Source of the DNA: Promethearchaeota archaeon
GTDB taxonomy: Archaea; Asgardarchaeota; Lokiarchaeia; Sigyniarchaeales; SOKP01
Reading direction: 5' to 3'
Length of the DNA stretch: 64,000 nucleotides
Assembly: GCA_019058365.1 (NCBI GenBank)
Contig: JAHPZE010000012.1
Span: 13,451 to 77,450, forward strand
Both the position numbers and the translations under genes were made by a program. Below are positions 17,159 through 26,536 of the stretch, piece by piece; the first letter of the stretch is position 1; each line of letters starts with the position of its first letter. The notes beneath the pieces were generated by a model. It did not search any database and was not told the DNA's origin. It saw only the letters and a program-made list of their open reading frames with translations.

Positions 17159-19588
17159 TTGAAGCTTGAGGATATTATAATTACGATTTCAGAAGGCGTT
17201 AAAGCCCCAGAATTTAAAGAACTTTTTTCTGAAACTAGATTATATACTTTTTTAGTAGGAGCAGGAATCTCGATGGATCCTCCATCCTGTGTTCCTTCTG
17301 CTAGAATGTTTGTGCGTGAATTGTTTAAATATTATGCTCCTGAAGAGGAAATTAAGAAGTTATTATCATTAGAGTCCTTAAGATATGAATTATTAGTTGA
17401 AAAAGTTCAGAATCTATTCGATAAGGAATTAAAGTTCTTGGATTATCTAGATAGAGTAAAAGAGCCGAATGCTATTCACATCTTCTTGGCAAATATGATA
17501 ATGAGATATAATTATGTAATTACGACAAATTTTGATTATTTTATCGAAATGGGGCTGAAGAAAAAACTCGAAGTGTTTCCAACCTTTCATGATTATCATA
17601 AAAAGGTTATGGTTATTATTACCAAAGAAGATTATCAGAACAAAGTATCTTTCCAGTTCCCAATCATTAAAATTCATGGATCTAAATGGGATGTGATAAA
17701 AGGACGATCAACTAAAGATTCTTTAATAACTACTATAAGTGCTCTTGGACGCGAAAGGGAAAAGGGTGAAACATTTGCAATCGAGCCATATAAAAAGCCA
17801 TTAATCAATGACGTTATGAATGGAAGAGACTTAGTTATTATGGGGTATTCAGGGAGCGATGATTTCGATATCAGCCCAATGTTGAAAGAATTGAGGAATA
17901 TGAAGAGAATAATCTGGATAGAGCATGATCACACCCTAGCTCCGGGAAAAGAAGAGATTTTTAAATATAAGTCAGTAAAAGATTTATCAGAATTAGAAAT
18001 ATCTGAATTATCTAAATTAGATAAATTGTTACTAGAACTTGCTTCAAATAAAAACATAGAAGTTTACAAAATTAGAGCGATGACTATTGAATTTGTAAAA
18101 GAGCAATTAGCACCAATATTTGATGAATCTTTTGAGCTACTGAGAAAAGATACACCAGAGACTTTAAGTTTTAGTGATTATATGCTAGAAAATCATTTAA
18201 AAGCATCAATTTCTTCAAAATATCGACTTGCTCATGAACTATTTTTTGAATTAGGAGATATAGATTCAGCAGAAAGAACTGCTCAAGTTGGTTTAAACTC
18301 ATCCAATGAAGAAAATAATGAAATTAATCAAAACTATTTTATAAATGCTTTGGGGATAATTGACGTCTCCAAAGGAGATTATGATAAAGCCTTGGAATAT
18401 TTCGAAAAATCTCTCAAATTTACTGAAAAATTAAATCAAACTGCTGAAAAAATAGCAGTACTTTTAAATATAGGAAATTTATATCATAAAAAGAGCGACC
18501 TTAAGAATGCATTTAAATATTCATTTGAAGCTGCTGCTTTGCTAAAAGAAACCACTCCAAATTTCATAAAATTTTCTGTTTTGAATAATTTAGGTATTTT
18601 ATATAGAGATAATGGGGATATTCCTAATGCTGTAAAAAATATTGAATCTGCACTTGAAATTGCTGAAAAAACAGGAGATTTATTTAGAAAGTCTTCATGC
18701 TTAAACAACCTTGCTGGAATGAAAATTTCTCAAGGTCTATTAAATCCCGCTTTAAATTATGCCTCTGGAGCTCTTAAAATTAATGAGCAATTAGGAGATT
18801 TAGACAGTATGTGCAATACACTAAATACTATTGGTAACATTTTTAAAACTGCAGGACAATATAGTCAAGCTATGCAATATTTAGAAAGAGCATATCAAAC
18901 AGCAATAAAAATTCAAAACTTGAACGCCAAAGCTCTTACATTAAATTCGATTGGTGTAATTTATTTTAATACGGGAAAGCTCGATTTAGCTTTCGAAAAA
19001 TATAACGAAAGTTTCAATATCAACAAAAATATCGGTGATTTGTCGGGGCAAGCTACTGGTTTAAATAATATTGGGATGTATTATCGTGCTAAAGGGGATT
19101 TCAATAAAGCTTTTGAATTATTTGACCAATCTATAACCCTCACTGAAAAAATTGGAGAAAAGACAAACTTAGGCCTTCGGTATGGAAATAGAGCTTCTAT
19201 TTACGAAATAAAACGAGAATTTGAAAAAGCATTGGCAGATTATAAGAAAGCATTAAGTATTGAACAATCTCTAAAAAATTTAGAAGGAATTGCCAATCAA
19301 CTTACTAATATTGGAGGAGTATTAGGGGATTTAGGAAGATATAACGAAACACTAGAAAATTATGAAAAATCGTTGAATATCATGGAAAATCTAGGTAATA
19401 AACCTGGTATTGCCAGAGCACTAAATAATCTAGGTATTATTTATTATAAATACAAGAAAGACTATGAGAGATCTATTGATTTTTTACAACGAGCACTTGA
19501 TATTTATAAAGAATTAAATATTCCTCAGATGATAATGGAGACGCAAAATAGTATAGATTTAATCAAAAACCAGGTTAATTTAAAGTGA
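17159..19588 (+). CDS. SIR2-like domain + long TPR array
   Basis: FLVGAGIS..P.S.VP, TTNFD, KIHGS, GYSGSDDFD, followed by about 10 TPR repeats (LNNLG..Y...G...A). Confidence 0.9.
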   Translation: MKLEDIIITISEGVKAPEFKELFSETRLYTFLVGAGISMDPPSCVPSARMFVRELFKYYAPEEEIKKLLSLESLRYELLVEKVQNLFDKELKFLDYLDRVKEPNAIHIFLANMIMRYNYVITTNFDYFIEMGLKKKLEVFPTFHDYHKKVMVIITKEDYQNKVSFQFPIIKIHGSKWDVIKGRSTKDSLITTISALGREREKGETFAIEPYKKPLINDVMNGRDLVIMGYSGSDDFDISPMLKELRNMKRIIWIEHDHTLAPGKEEIFKYKSVKDLSELEISELSKLDKLLLELASNKNIEVYKIRAMTIEFVKEQLAPIFDESFELLRKDTPETLSFSDYMLENHLKASISSKYRLAHELFFELGDIDSAERTAQVGLNSSNEENNEINQNYFINALGIIDVSKGDYDKALEYFEKSLKFTEKLNQTAEKIAVLLNIGNLYHKKSDLKNAFKYSFEAAALLKETTPNFIKFSVLNNLGILYRDNGDIPNAVKNIESALEIAEKTGDLFRKSSCLNNLAGMKISQGLLNPALNYASGALKINEQLGDLDSMCNTLNTIGNIFKTAGQYSQAMQYLERAYQTAIKIQNLNAKALTLNSIGVIYFNTGKLDLAFEKYNESFNINKNIGDLSGQATGLNNIGMYYRAKGDFNKAFELFDQSITLTEKIGEKTNLGLRYGNRASIYEIKREFEKALADYKKALSIEQSLKNLEGIANQLTNIGGVLGDLGRYNETLENYEKSLNIMENLGNKPGIARALNNLGIIYYKYKKDYERSIDFLQRALDIYKELNIPQMIMETQNSIDLIKNQVNLK

Positions 19589-19638
19589 AAAATGGAAGAA
19601 ATTGAGACTTAAACTATAATATTTAAATAAAAGTAGAA

Positions 19639-19812
19639 TTAAACAATTTTATAGTCATCATCTTCCTCAGGTATTTTCCCTTTTTGTGGATAAATACGAT
19701 GACGATATTTCTCTTCTTTCGTTAAAATAACTCCGTATTCCTTTACTTCAGAATCCTTTCCTTTAGATTTCTTATTCCTATTTATTTTCTTTTCATTTCT
19801 TTGCTTTTTCAT
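19639..19812 (-). CDS. Small basic hypothetical protein (57 aa; not in ORF track)
   Basis: Manual translation: MKKQRNEKKINRNKKSKGKDSEVKEYGVILTKEEKYRHRIYPQKGKIPEEDDDYKIV*. AGGA lies upstream. Confidence 0.5.
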   Translation of the reverse strand: MKKQRNEKKINRNKKSKGKDSEVKEYGVILTKEEKYRHRIYPQKGKIPEEDDDYKIV

Positions 19813-20008
19813 ATTATTTCCTACAAATATTTATCCGTTTTAAAATTGGTTAAAGAATATATTTAATTTTTCTATATACTTATTAGTACGGCAATTATAA
19901 AAAGAATTTCAAATATTATATCTGTGAAATCATAACCCAAAAGTTAATAAAAAGGATAAAAAGAATAAAAAGGAAAGTGGAATTCTCTTATAGAGAAGAT
20001 TTTTAATT

Positions 20009-20179
20009 TTATTTTTCTATTTGTTTTTCTGGAACTTCTTCAAAATGGATGTTATATGTTTTTTCAGGATCAATTACCTTATATTGAATGAGTTTTCTTG
20101 GAATGATGATCACATAGTCAGGTCCCATTGAGGCTAATTTTTTATTTTCTAAAGTAAATATCTTCTTCTCATTTTCCAT
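20009..20179 (-). CDS. Small AbrB/MazE/SpoVT-like DNA-binding protein (56 aa; not in ORF track)
   Basis: Manual translation: MENEKKIFTLENKKLASMGPDYVIIIPRKLIQYKVIDPEKTYNIHFEEVPEKQIEK*. It shows the K..G....I.IP swapped-hairpin pattern. Confidence 0.6.
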   Translation of the reverse strand: MENEKKIFTLENKKLASMGPDYVIIIPRKLIQYKVIDPEKTYNIHFEEVPEKQIEK

Positions 20180-20456
20180 AATCTAGACCATAAAGAATAA
20201 TTTTAATTATTTTTCCTTATTTTTTATAGACATTCTAAATTTAGAGGCGTAATACGTTTCTATAGAATTTCCTATAGATCCCCTAACTATTAACATACTC
20301 AAAATCTATATTAAATACTATAGAAATTAAGGTTATATTAAAATAATTATTAAAAAACTTTAAATTTAATTTCTCAGTATGATTTGAAAGCCCTTAAAAG
20401 AAGATTATATATCTGATAATAAATAGAACCTTATTAAAAAATAGCAATCACACTTT

Positions 20457-21365
20457 TTATAGGTAATCTTCTAGATTTATTCCATATTTCTGGAACAAAT
20501 CTTTATTTGCATTGAAATTCTGTTCAGTATAATTAATTAAGAATTGCTCAAATTTTTGTGGATCAGTGCCTTTCATCGCATAAGGCATAAGAACAGCCCT
20601 CATGTCATATATATATAACTGATTATTCTTAATGCCCTTTATATATTTTTTAACAGCTCTATTAGGAAGCATAGCCTTACTTTCCATAACTTGTAGCATG
20701 GAATTATAAATTTCCCGGAGTTTTTCTTCTCCTACTTCCTCCATAAGTTTCTTAGAGTATTTTATTTTGGCTGATGAAAAAATACGGGTTCTAATATATG
20801 ATGGGACTATAACAGAGACATTAATCCCATGACGATGAAGGCGTCCAAAAAGTGCTTCCGAGATCCCTACTACAGCAAACTTTGAAGCAATATAGGGTAA
20901 AGGTTCTATTGAGCCAAAGACACCTGCTCCTGAAGACACATTTACAATGTGTCCCGACTTATTTTCAAGCATATGAGGTAAAAATACCTTGATTGAATGA
21001 ATTACACTCCATAAATTGATATCAAGAACTTCTTTCCAAACTTCTGGTTCCAAGTCTACAGCATTCCCTCCGATTGCAATTCCCGCATTATTTATTAAAA
21101 GATCGAGTTTACCTAATTTGCTATGAAAATTTTCTGCGGCACTTTTAAAATCTTCATACCTAGAAACGTCACATTTATCAGTGTACACATTTCCTCCCAA
21201 AACTTCAATTTCTTTTTTAACATTCTCTAAATTCTCTTTATCTATGTCTGTAATAAAAAGGTTCATACCCTCTTTAGCAAGTGCTTTTGAAAAAGCACAA
21301 CCTATCCCTTTAGCAGCTCCAGTTATAAAACAATTTTTTCCTTCTAAATCTTTCGTAAATTTCAA
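20457..21365 (-). CDS. Short-chain dehydrogenase/reductase
   Basis: TGAAKGIG, NNAG, YIASK. Confidence 0.93.
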   Translation of the reverse strand: MKFTKDLEGKNCFITGAAKGIGCAFSKALAKEGMNLFITDIDKENLENVKKEIEVLGGNVYTDKCDVSRYEDFKSAAENFHSKLGKLDLLINNAGIAIGGNAVDLEPEVWKEVLDINLWSVIHSIKVFLPHMLENKSGHIVNVSSGAGVFGSIEPLPYIASKFAVVGISEALFGRLHRHGINVSVIVPSYIRTRIFSSAKIKYSKKLMEEVGEEKLREIYNSMLQVMESKAMLPNRAVKKYIKGIKNNQLYIYDMRAVLMPYAMKGTDPQKFEQFLINYTEQNFNANKDLFQKYGINLEDYL

Positions 21366-21896
21366 CTCTTTTTCTAAAACTAGTTTTTAATGTTAGATAA
21401 TAAGATCCAATTTATTTAACATTTTTCTTGTTTCCTCCTCGAAATTATTCCAGATACCGAATCCAATAATTGTGAAACCTAATTTATTTTTTTTAATTTG
21501 CTTTATAGGGGTAGATGTGAAATAACCAGATTTCTCATGTTACTGGTATTTTGTTAGTTATTAATGAGTGAATGGTGTAAGGGTGAATCATTATTTTATT
21601 AAGAAGGTGAAATATATTAGAAATTTAACTATGCTTTTAATATATATCTTTTAATCTTTATTATCATTAGGATATCCATCCTATTTAATAAAAAGTGCAT
21701 TAAGATTAACATCAGATATAAATTTTGGTTTAATGGTAAAAAGCCTAAACTTTTTTACTTATAAATGTAATAAAATAAAAAGTAAAAATATTGGTTGACT
21801 TAACTAGGCATCTATTTCAATAAACCTAATATAGAAGGGTTTATTATTTAGTAACTTGGTTTTTATTTATTATAAGAATAGAGAAAGCGATATAAT

Positions 21897-22820
21897 ATGA
21901 AACAGAAGAGAGACAAAGTGAACTGTCCGGTTTGCAGTTTTAAATTTATTCCAGAATCTTTTCATTATGAAAAAACACATTTTGATCAAATAGAATCCCA
22001 GGGTGTGCTTATAGAATTTCCAAATGGAAAGCATCAGCTTGAGCTTAAGCCATTCACTACAATCCGAGGTTCATATGTAACATATTGCCCTGAATGTGGA
22101 TATCTGATAAGATTTGTTGCGGAAATAGCTAGAAAAGAAGTAGTAGAAGATCCCTCTCTAATAAAAAAACTGGGGGGAATTAAGGAATTTGGGAAGACAT
22201 ATAAATATCAATTTGCTTTAAGTGAGAAGCCCTATATGGATTATTCAGATTATTTTATCGAAAAAGTAGATGATATCAAACTAAACATTAAGAAAGCTTT
22301 AGATGATGTCAATTTTGACCATTGGGGAAGTTTCTATAATAAATGGAAAGAGGATAAATCAATTGATTCTTTTAAATTCTTAATACACTTTTACACAACT
22401 TTAATTGATTATTTAGACTCCCAAGTTGAGGAGCATAATAATAAATCAGTGGCACAAAAAATTGAGGAATTACAATTACCCCAAAACCTTGAAATATTAA
22501 CAAAAAAAGTAGGATATTTAAGAAATAAAATAGCTCATGAAGTATATGAACTAACTGAAGAGGAAGAACAGTTGGTGGAAAGTACATTCACTCAATTCAT
22601 GAGACATTTAATAATAAAGCAATTAACTCCTTTAAATTTAAATAAAATTAGGATTGAACCTGAACACGAGTTTATTGATATTAATAAAGTGAACTATGAA
22701 ATCCAGGATTTTTTATATATATATTTAGAGAATTTATTACATATCAAAGAGTTTTATTCCGTATTCTTAGGACCCTTATTAGAAGATCTTGGAGTTAGTA
22801 ATCCTGATTATAATCCTTAA
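21897..22820 (+). CDS. Zn-finger + HEPN-like (RxxxxH) protein
   Basis: CPVC...CPECG at the N-terminus. Helical C-terminal domain with LRNKIAH. Confidence 0.65.
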   Translation: MKQKRDKVNCPVCSFKFIPESFHYEKTHFDQIESQGVLIEFPNGKHQLELKPFTTIRGSYVTYCPECGYLIRFVAEIARKEVVEDPSLIKKLGGIKEFGKTYKYQFALSEKPYMDYSDYFIEKVDDIKLNIKKALDDVNFDHWGSFYNKWKEDKSIDSFKFLIHFYTTLIDYLDSQVEEHNNKSVAQKIEELQLPQNLEILTKKVGYLRNKIAHEVYELTEEEEQLVESTFTQFMRHLIIKQLTPLNLNKIRIEPEHEFIDINKVNYEIQDFLYIYLENLLHIKEFYSVFLGPLLEDLGVSNPDYNP

Positions 22821-22990
22821 AATCTTTCTTTCTATTTTTTAAGGGTATTATTTATTATAGAAAAAAAGAGAGATTAAAATATCGCTTAAGATCTTTCTAT
22901 CTAACGTTTGGGTAGACACTAAATACAGTGAAGGCTATAAATTCTTCTACTTAAAAAATAAAAAGAAATTTTTAATTTGGTTTTGTTTTT

Positions 22991-23167
22991 TTATTGGTTA
23001 GAATACCAGACTAACACAATTCCGAAAAGAGAAAGAAAGATCGACAAATATATAATAAATGAAAATATCTGTGAATTGTTTATAAGAGTCATTATAGGTG
23101 ATTGGATTGCAAGGTAAATAAGAAGAATTCCTAAAATTTGACTAGTATTTAGGTTATTATTTTTCAT
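22991..23167 (-). CDS. Small 2-TM membrane protein (58 aa; not in ORF track)
   Basis: Manual translation: MKNNNLNTSQILGILLIYLAIQSPIMTLINNSQIFSFIIYLSIFLSLFGIVLVWYSNQ*. Confidence 0.45.
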   Translation of the reverse strand: MKNNNLNTSQILGILLIYLAIQSPIMTLINNSQIFSFIIYLSIFLSLFGIVLVWYSNQ

Positions 23168-23475
23168 AATTTTTTCACTTTTTGTATTTTAATACCTAAT
23201 ATGTCATTGTTATGAAATATTCTCTTTATTATAAAAAATATTAAAATTTGTGTAATGTAAAGCGGATTTTTTTTATTAATAAGATAATTACTAAAAGATG
23301 ATACTTCAAAATTATAGTGATATTCTTTGAAATGTAAAACTATAATTTTTTAGAGTTCCAAAATGGTTAAGGAAATAAAAGCTAAGTTAAAATACTAATA
23401 AAAAATAAAGAATTATTTAAACAATAAAGTGTTAATATTTTATTATTCAACTTTAATAGTTAGAATTGGGTAAAT

Positions 23476-24333
23476 GTGGATGAAATAATGACTAAAGTAA
23501 AACTTAATGATACTGAATTATATTACGACGAATTTGGGTCAGGATTTCCATTTTTAGTCATGCATGGGGGCTTAGGAATTGATCATACTTATCTTCATCC
23601 CACGCTTGATCCTTTAGGAGATATATTCAAATTAATTTTTTATGATTATAGAGGACATGGACGTTCAGGTAGACCACCAATCAATACCATTACATTTGAA
23701 CAACTTGCCGACGATGCTAATGAATTACGTGAGATATTAGGATATGATAAATTGGGAGTTATCGGCCATTCTGCTGGCGGATACGTTGCTTTAAACTACG
23801 CAATACGTCATCCAAAACATATAAGTCATCTGATACTTATAGATACAGCTCCTGCCTTTGATTATATGGAGGAGATAATGGCGATTGTACAAAATAAAAA
23901 ATCAACACCAGAACTTATAGCAACTTTAAATGCTCCAGTAGATCCTACTATAGATGGATTTAGAAATCAATTTAAAATGTTACAACCGTTGTATTTCTAC
24001 AGATTTACTCCTGAAGTAGAAGAGATGGCATGTAAAGTGATAGATAAAATGATATTAAATCCTGAATTGGCAGCGCTTAATGAGATTTTGATGCTAAAAT
24101 ATAATGTATCCTCACAGCTTACTAAAATTGAAGTACCAACACTTATTTTAGTAGGAAAAGACGATTTTGTGTGTCCACCTTCACAATCTCAACGTATGCA
24201 TGATAGTATTCCCAATTCTGAACTCCATATATTTGAGAAATGTGGTCATTATCCTTTTTATGAGACGCCAGATGAATTTTTCAGAGTTTTACATAATTGG
24301 TTTAAAAAAGTACATCTTGAATTAGAAGTCTAG
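23476..24333 (+). CDS. Alpha/beta hydrolase (proline iminopeptidase-like)
   Basis: HGGLG, DYRGHGRS, GHSAGG, GKDD, CGHYP. Confidence 0.92.
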   Translation: MDEIMTKVKLNDTELYYDEFGSGFPFLVMHGGLGIDHTYLHPTLDPLGDIFKLIFYDYRGHGRSGRPPINTITFEQLADDANELREILGYDKLGVIGHSAGGYVALNYAIRHPKHISHLILIDTAPAFDYMEEIMAIVQNKKSTPELIATLNAPVDPTIDGFRNQFKMLQPLYFYRFTPEVEEMACKVIDKMILNPELAALNEILMLKYNVSSQLTKIEVPTLILVGKDDFVCPPSQSQRMHDSIPNSELHIFEKCGHYPFYETPDEFFRVLHNWFKKVHLELEV

Positions 24334-24440
24334 TAATAGATTTAGTAAAAATATATAAACTTTTTATTCTGAATTTAGATATTTCGAAAATAGAAAGTAA
24401 AATTAGAGATATTTTTTACTAATATTATGTTTATAAGGGT

Positions 24441-25073
24441 ATGAGCATCGCAAAAGAGTTATTGTATCCCGCTCCCTTCTATAACTTTTTATCCTATCTT
24501 TCTGAATCTGAAGTTAAGGGACAAATTCTCGATTGTGGTTCAGGTGGACCCTTTCCCAAACAAGCACTTTTTGTACAATTAGGGTTTGATATAATTGGTA
24601 TTGAATATTCGGAAGATCGATTAGAAATGGCACAAGATTATGCAAAACAACACAAATTAGAATTATGTATGCAAATAGGTGATATACGAACAATACCATT
24701 TAACTCCAATTATTTTGGACATGTTTACTCTTGGAATACAATATTTCATATGAATAAAAAAGATATTAAAAAAGTTATATGTGAAATGATTCGAGTATTA
24801 AAACCAGAAGGTCTTTGTTTCGTTAATTTCCTTTCTGTGGATTCAGAGTATTATGGTAAAGGTGTAGAAGAACACTCTGGTGAATTTATACAAATTGAAG
24901 GGGATGAGAAAGTTATGCATACTTTTTTTACTGATGACGAATCTGATGGATTTTTTGAAAATCTAAATATCGAAATCTTATTCAAAGAAAAAAGAATCTT
25001 ACACAAGAAACTTGAAGATCGAGTAATGAAAGATAGTTATATTGATTATATTGTTCAAAAGAAAAAAATTTGA
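24441..25073 (+). CDS. Class I SAM-dependent methyltransferase
   Basis: ILDCGSGG, GDIRTIPF, RVLKPEG. Confidence 0.9.
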   Translation: MSIAKELLYPAPFYNFLSYLSESEVKGQILDCGSGGPFPKQALFVQLGFDIIGIEYSEDRLEMAQDYAKQHKLELCMQIGDIRTIPFNSNYFGHVYSWNTIFHMNKKDIKKVICEMIRVLKPEGLCFVNFLSVDSEYYGKGVEEHSGEFIQIEGDEKVMHTFFTDDESDGFFENLNIEILFKEKRILHKKLEDRVMKDSYIDYIVQKKKI

Positions 25074-25196
25074 AAAGTATAGAATCTTTATTATAATGAA
25101 GTATTTTATCTTATGTTGTGGATGTTATAAACCCATTAATAAATATCAATTTTAATCAAATAATACTAATATAATATTGTCTATGAGGAGGTAAAT

Positions 25197-25475
25197 ATGA
25201 TATTAAAAGAGGAAAAAATATCAAACTCGAAAAAAGCGATGTATGTAATATTTTTTATTGTATGTGCTTTATTAAGCATCCTGACTACATCAGCTATTCA
25301 TTTTAAAATTTTAACAGTAATTCAACCAGGGTATCTATATAACGTTTACCTTTTAAATTTCCTTTGGATGGACATTCTAATAGGGTTTGGAATAGGTTCT
25401 GCTTTATTTGTTGCTATTCGTGTAGTTATTAATTATTATTTCAACATAAAAGAAGGACCAAATTCAATTCAATAA
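25197..25475 (+). CDS. Small 2-TM membrane protein
   Basis: Two hydrophobic helices and a strong GAGGAGGT SD. Confidence 0.7.
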   Translation: MILKEEKISNSKKAMYVIFFIVCALLSILTTSAIHFKILTVIQPGYLYNVYLLNFLWMDILIGFGIGSALFVAIRVVINYYFNIKEGPNSIQ

Positions 25476-25489
25476 ATATCAAATACTTA

Positions 25490-26434
25490 TTATAGTGGAA
25501 ATTTACTCATCGCGATTTTAAGTTTTTGAAAACCCGCTTCTATCATATTAGGAAGGTTATTTTCAACACCAAATTCAATATATCCCAAGCTAGATCGCCC
25601 ATATAAGAATTTCATTCGCTTTTTAAAATTAGTTTCTAATAAGCCTTTATAATTGGATAAAAGCTCATTTAAAAAAAGATCTCCCTCTTCATAGAAAAGA
25701 AAATCTGCTGCAGGGTCATAGATTCTTGATTCTTCAAAATCAACTATTCCAGTAATTTCAAAAGTTTTATCATCAACTAAGATATTACTAATGTCAAAAT
25801 CTCCGTGAATTATTGTATATTTGAATTTAAAATTTTTTTTTTCATTTAGGAAAGAATTAAATAAATTTGTTATCCATCTTTTTTGAGTCGAATTCATAGA
25901 TTTAAAGATAGTCATCTGGATTTTCTCAAAATATTTTTCCCAATTCTCTCGATAGATTTCACATAAGAATGGAGTTTCAACTATCCCTTTACTTATCGCG
26001 TCTTTAAACAGCTCATCTGAGTGAAGTTCGGAGAGAAATTTACTAACTTCTTTGGCAATTTTGATTTTTTCATTATTTGAAGTTGAATAATAACACTTGG
26101 ATAATGGAATTCCCTCAATTTTTTTATATCCCATAAGAGGGCAATCTGGATCTATCGAGAGATAGATTGGTTGAGGGATAACTACAGAAACATACTTTTG
26201 GATATGATGAAGCATTTTAAGTTCATTTTGAATCAGTTTAACACCCATATGGTTCCGGAAAACCTTATCAGGGATACGGAATATAAACTGGTTTTTTACT
26301 TCAAATACATTATATGTTCCATGATAAAAGAATCTGATATCGGGTTCCTCTATATCTGGGAAAAATCCATAAATACCATCAATTACTTCTGTTAAAGATA
26401 TGTCCGCAGCTCGTTTTTCTTCGAATAAGGTCAT
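25490..26434 (-). CDS. Aminoglycoside phosphotransferase (APH)/choline kinase family protein
   Basis: IFRIP, HGDFDISNIL, GIVDFEE, DPAADF. Confidence 0.9.
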   Translation of the reverse strand: MTLFEEKRAADISLTEVIDGIYGFFPDIEEPDIRFFYHGTYNVFEVKNQFIFRIPDKVFRNHMGVKLIQNELKMLHHIQKYVSVVIPQPIYLSIDPDCPLMGYKKIEGIPLSKCYYSTSNNEKIKIAKEVSKFLSELHSDELFKDAISKGIVETPFLCEIYRENWEKYFEKIQMTIFKSMNSTQKRWITNLFNSFLNEKKNFKFKYTIIHGDFDISNILVDDKTFEITGIVDFEESRIYDPAADFLFYEEGDLFLNELLSNYKGLLETNFKKRMKFLYGRSSLGYIEFGVENNLPNMIEAGFQKLKIAMSKFPL

Positions 26435-26536
26435 TGTTAATAATGAATTATCATTCTTCTCATTTAAAAAATATTGGTTTGAAACCTTAGAATAAAGATC
26501 AAATCTTTTTTATTTAGGAGTGTTTTATCTTAAGTT

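Noticed and set aside
25490-26434. APH gene as a true antibiotic-resistance determinant
   Set aside because: Only the family kinase motifs are visible, and the substrate cannot be inferred from sequence.
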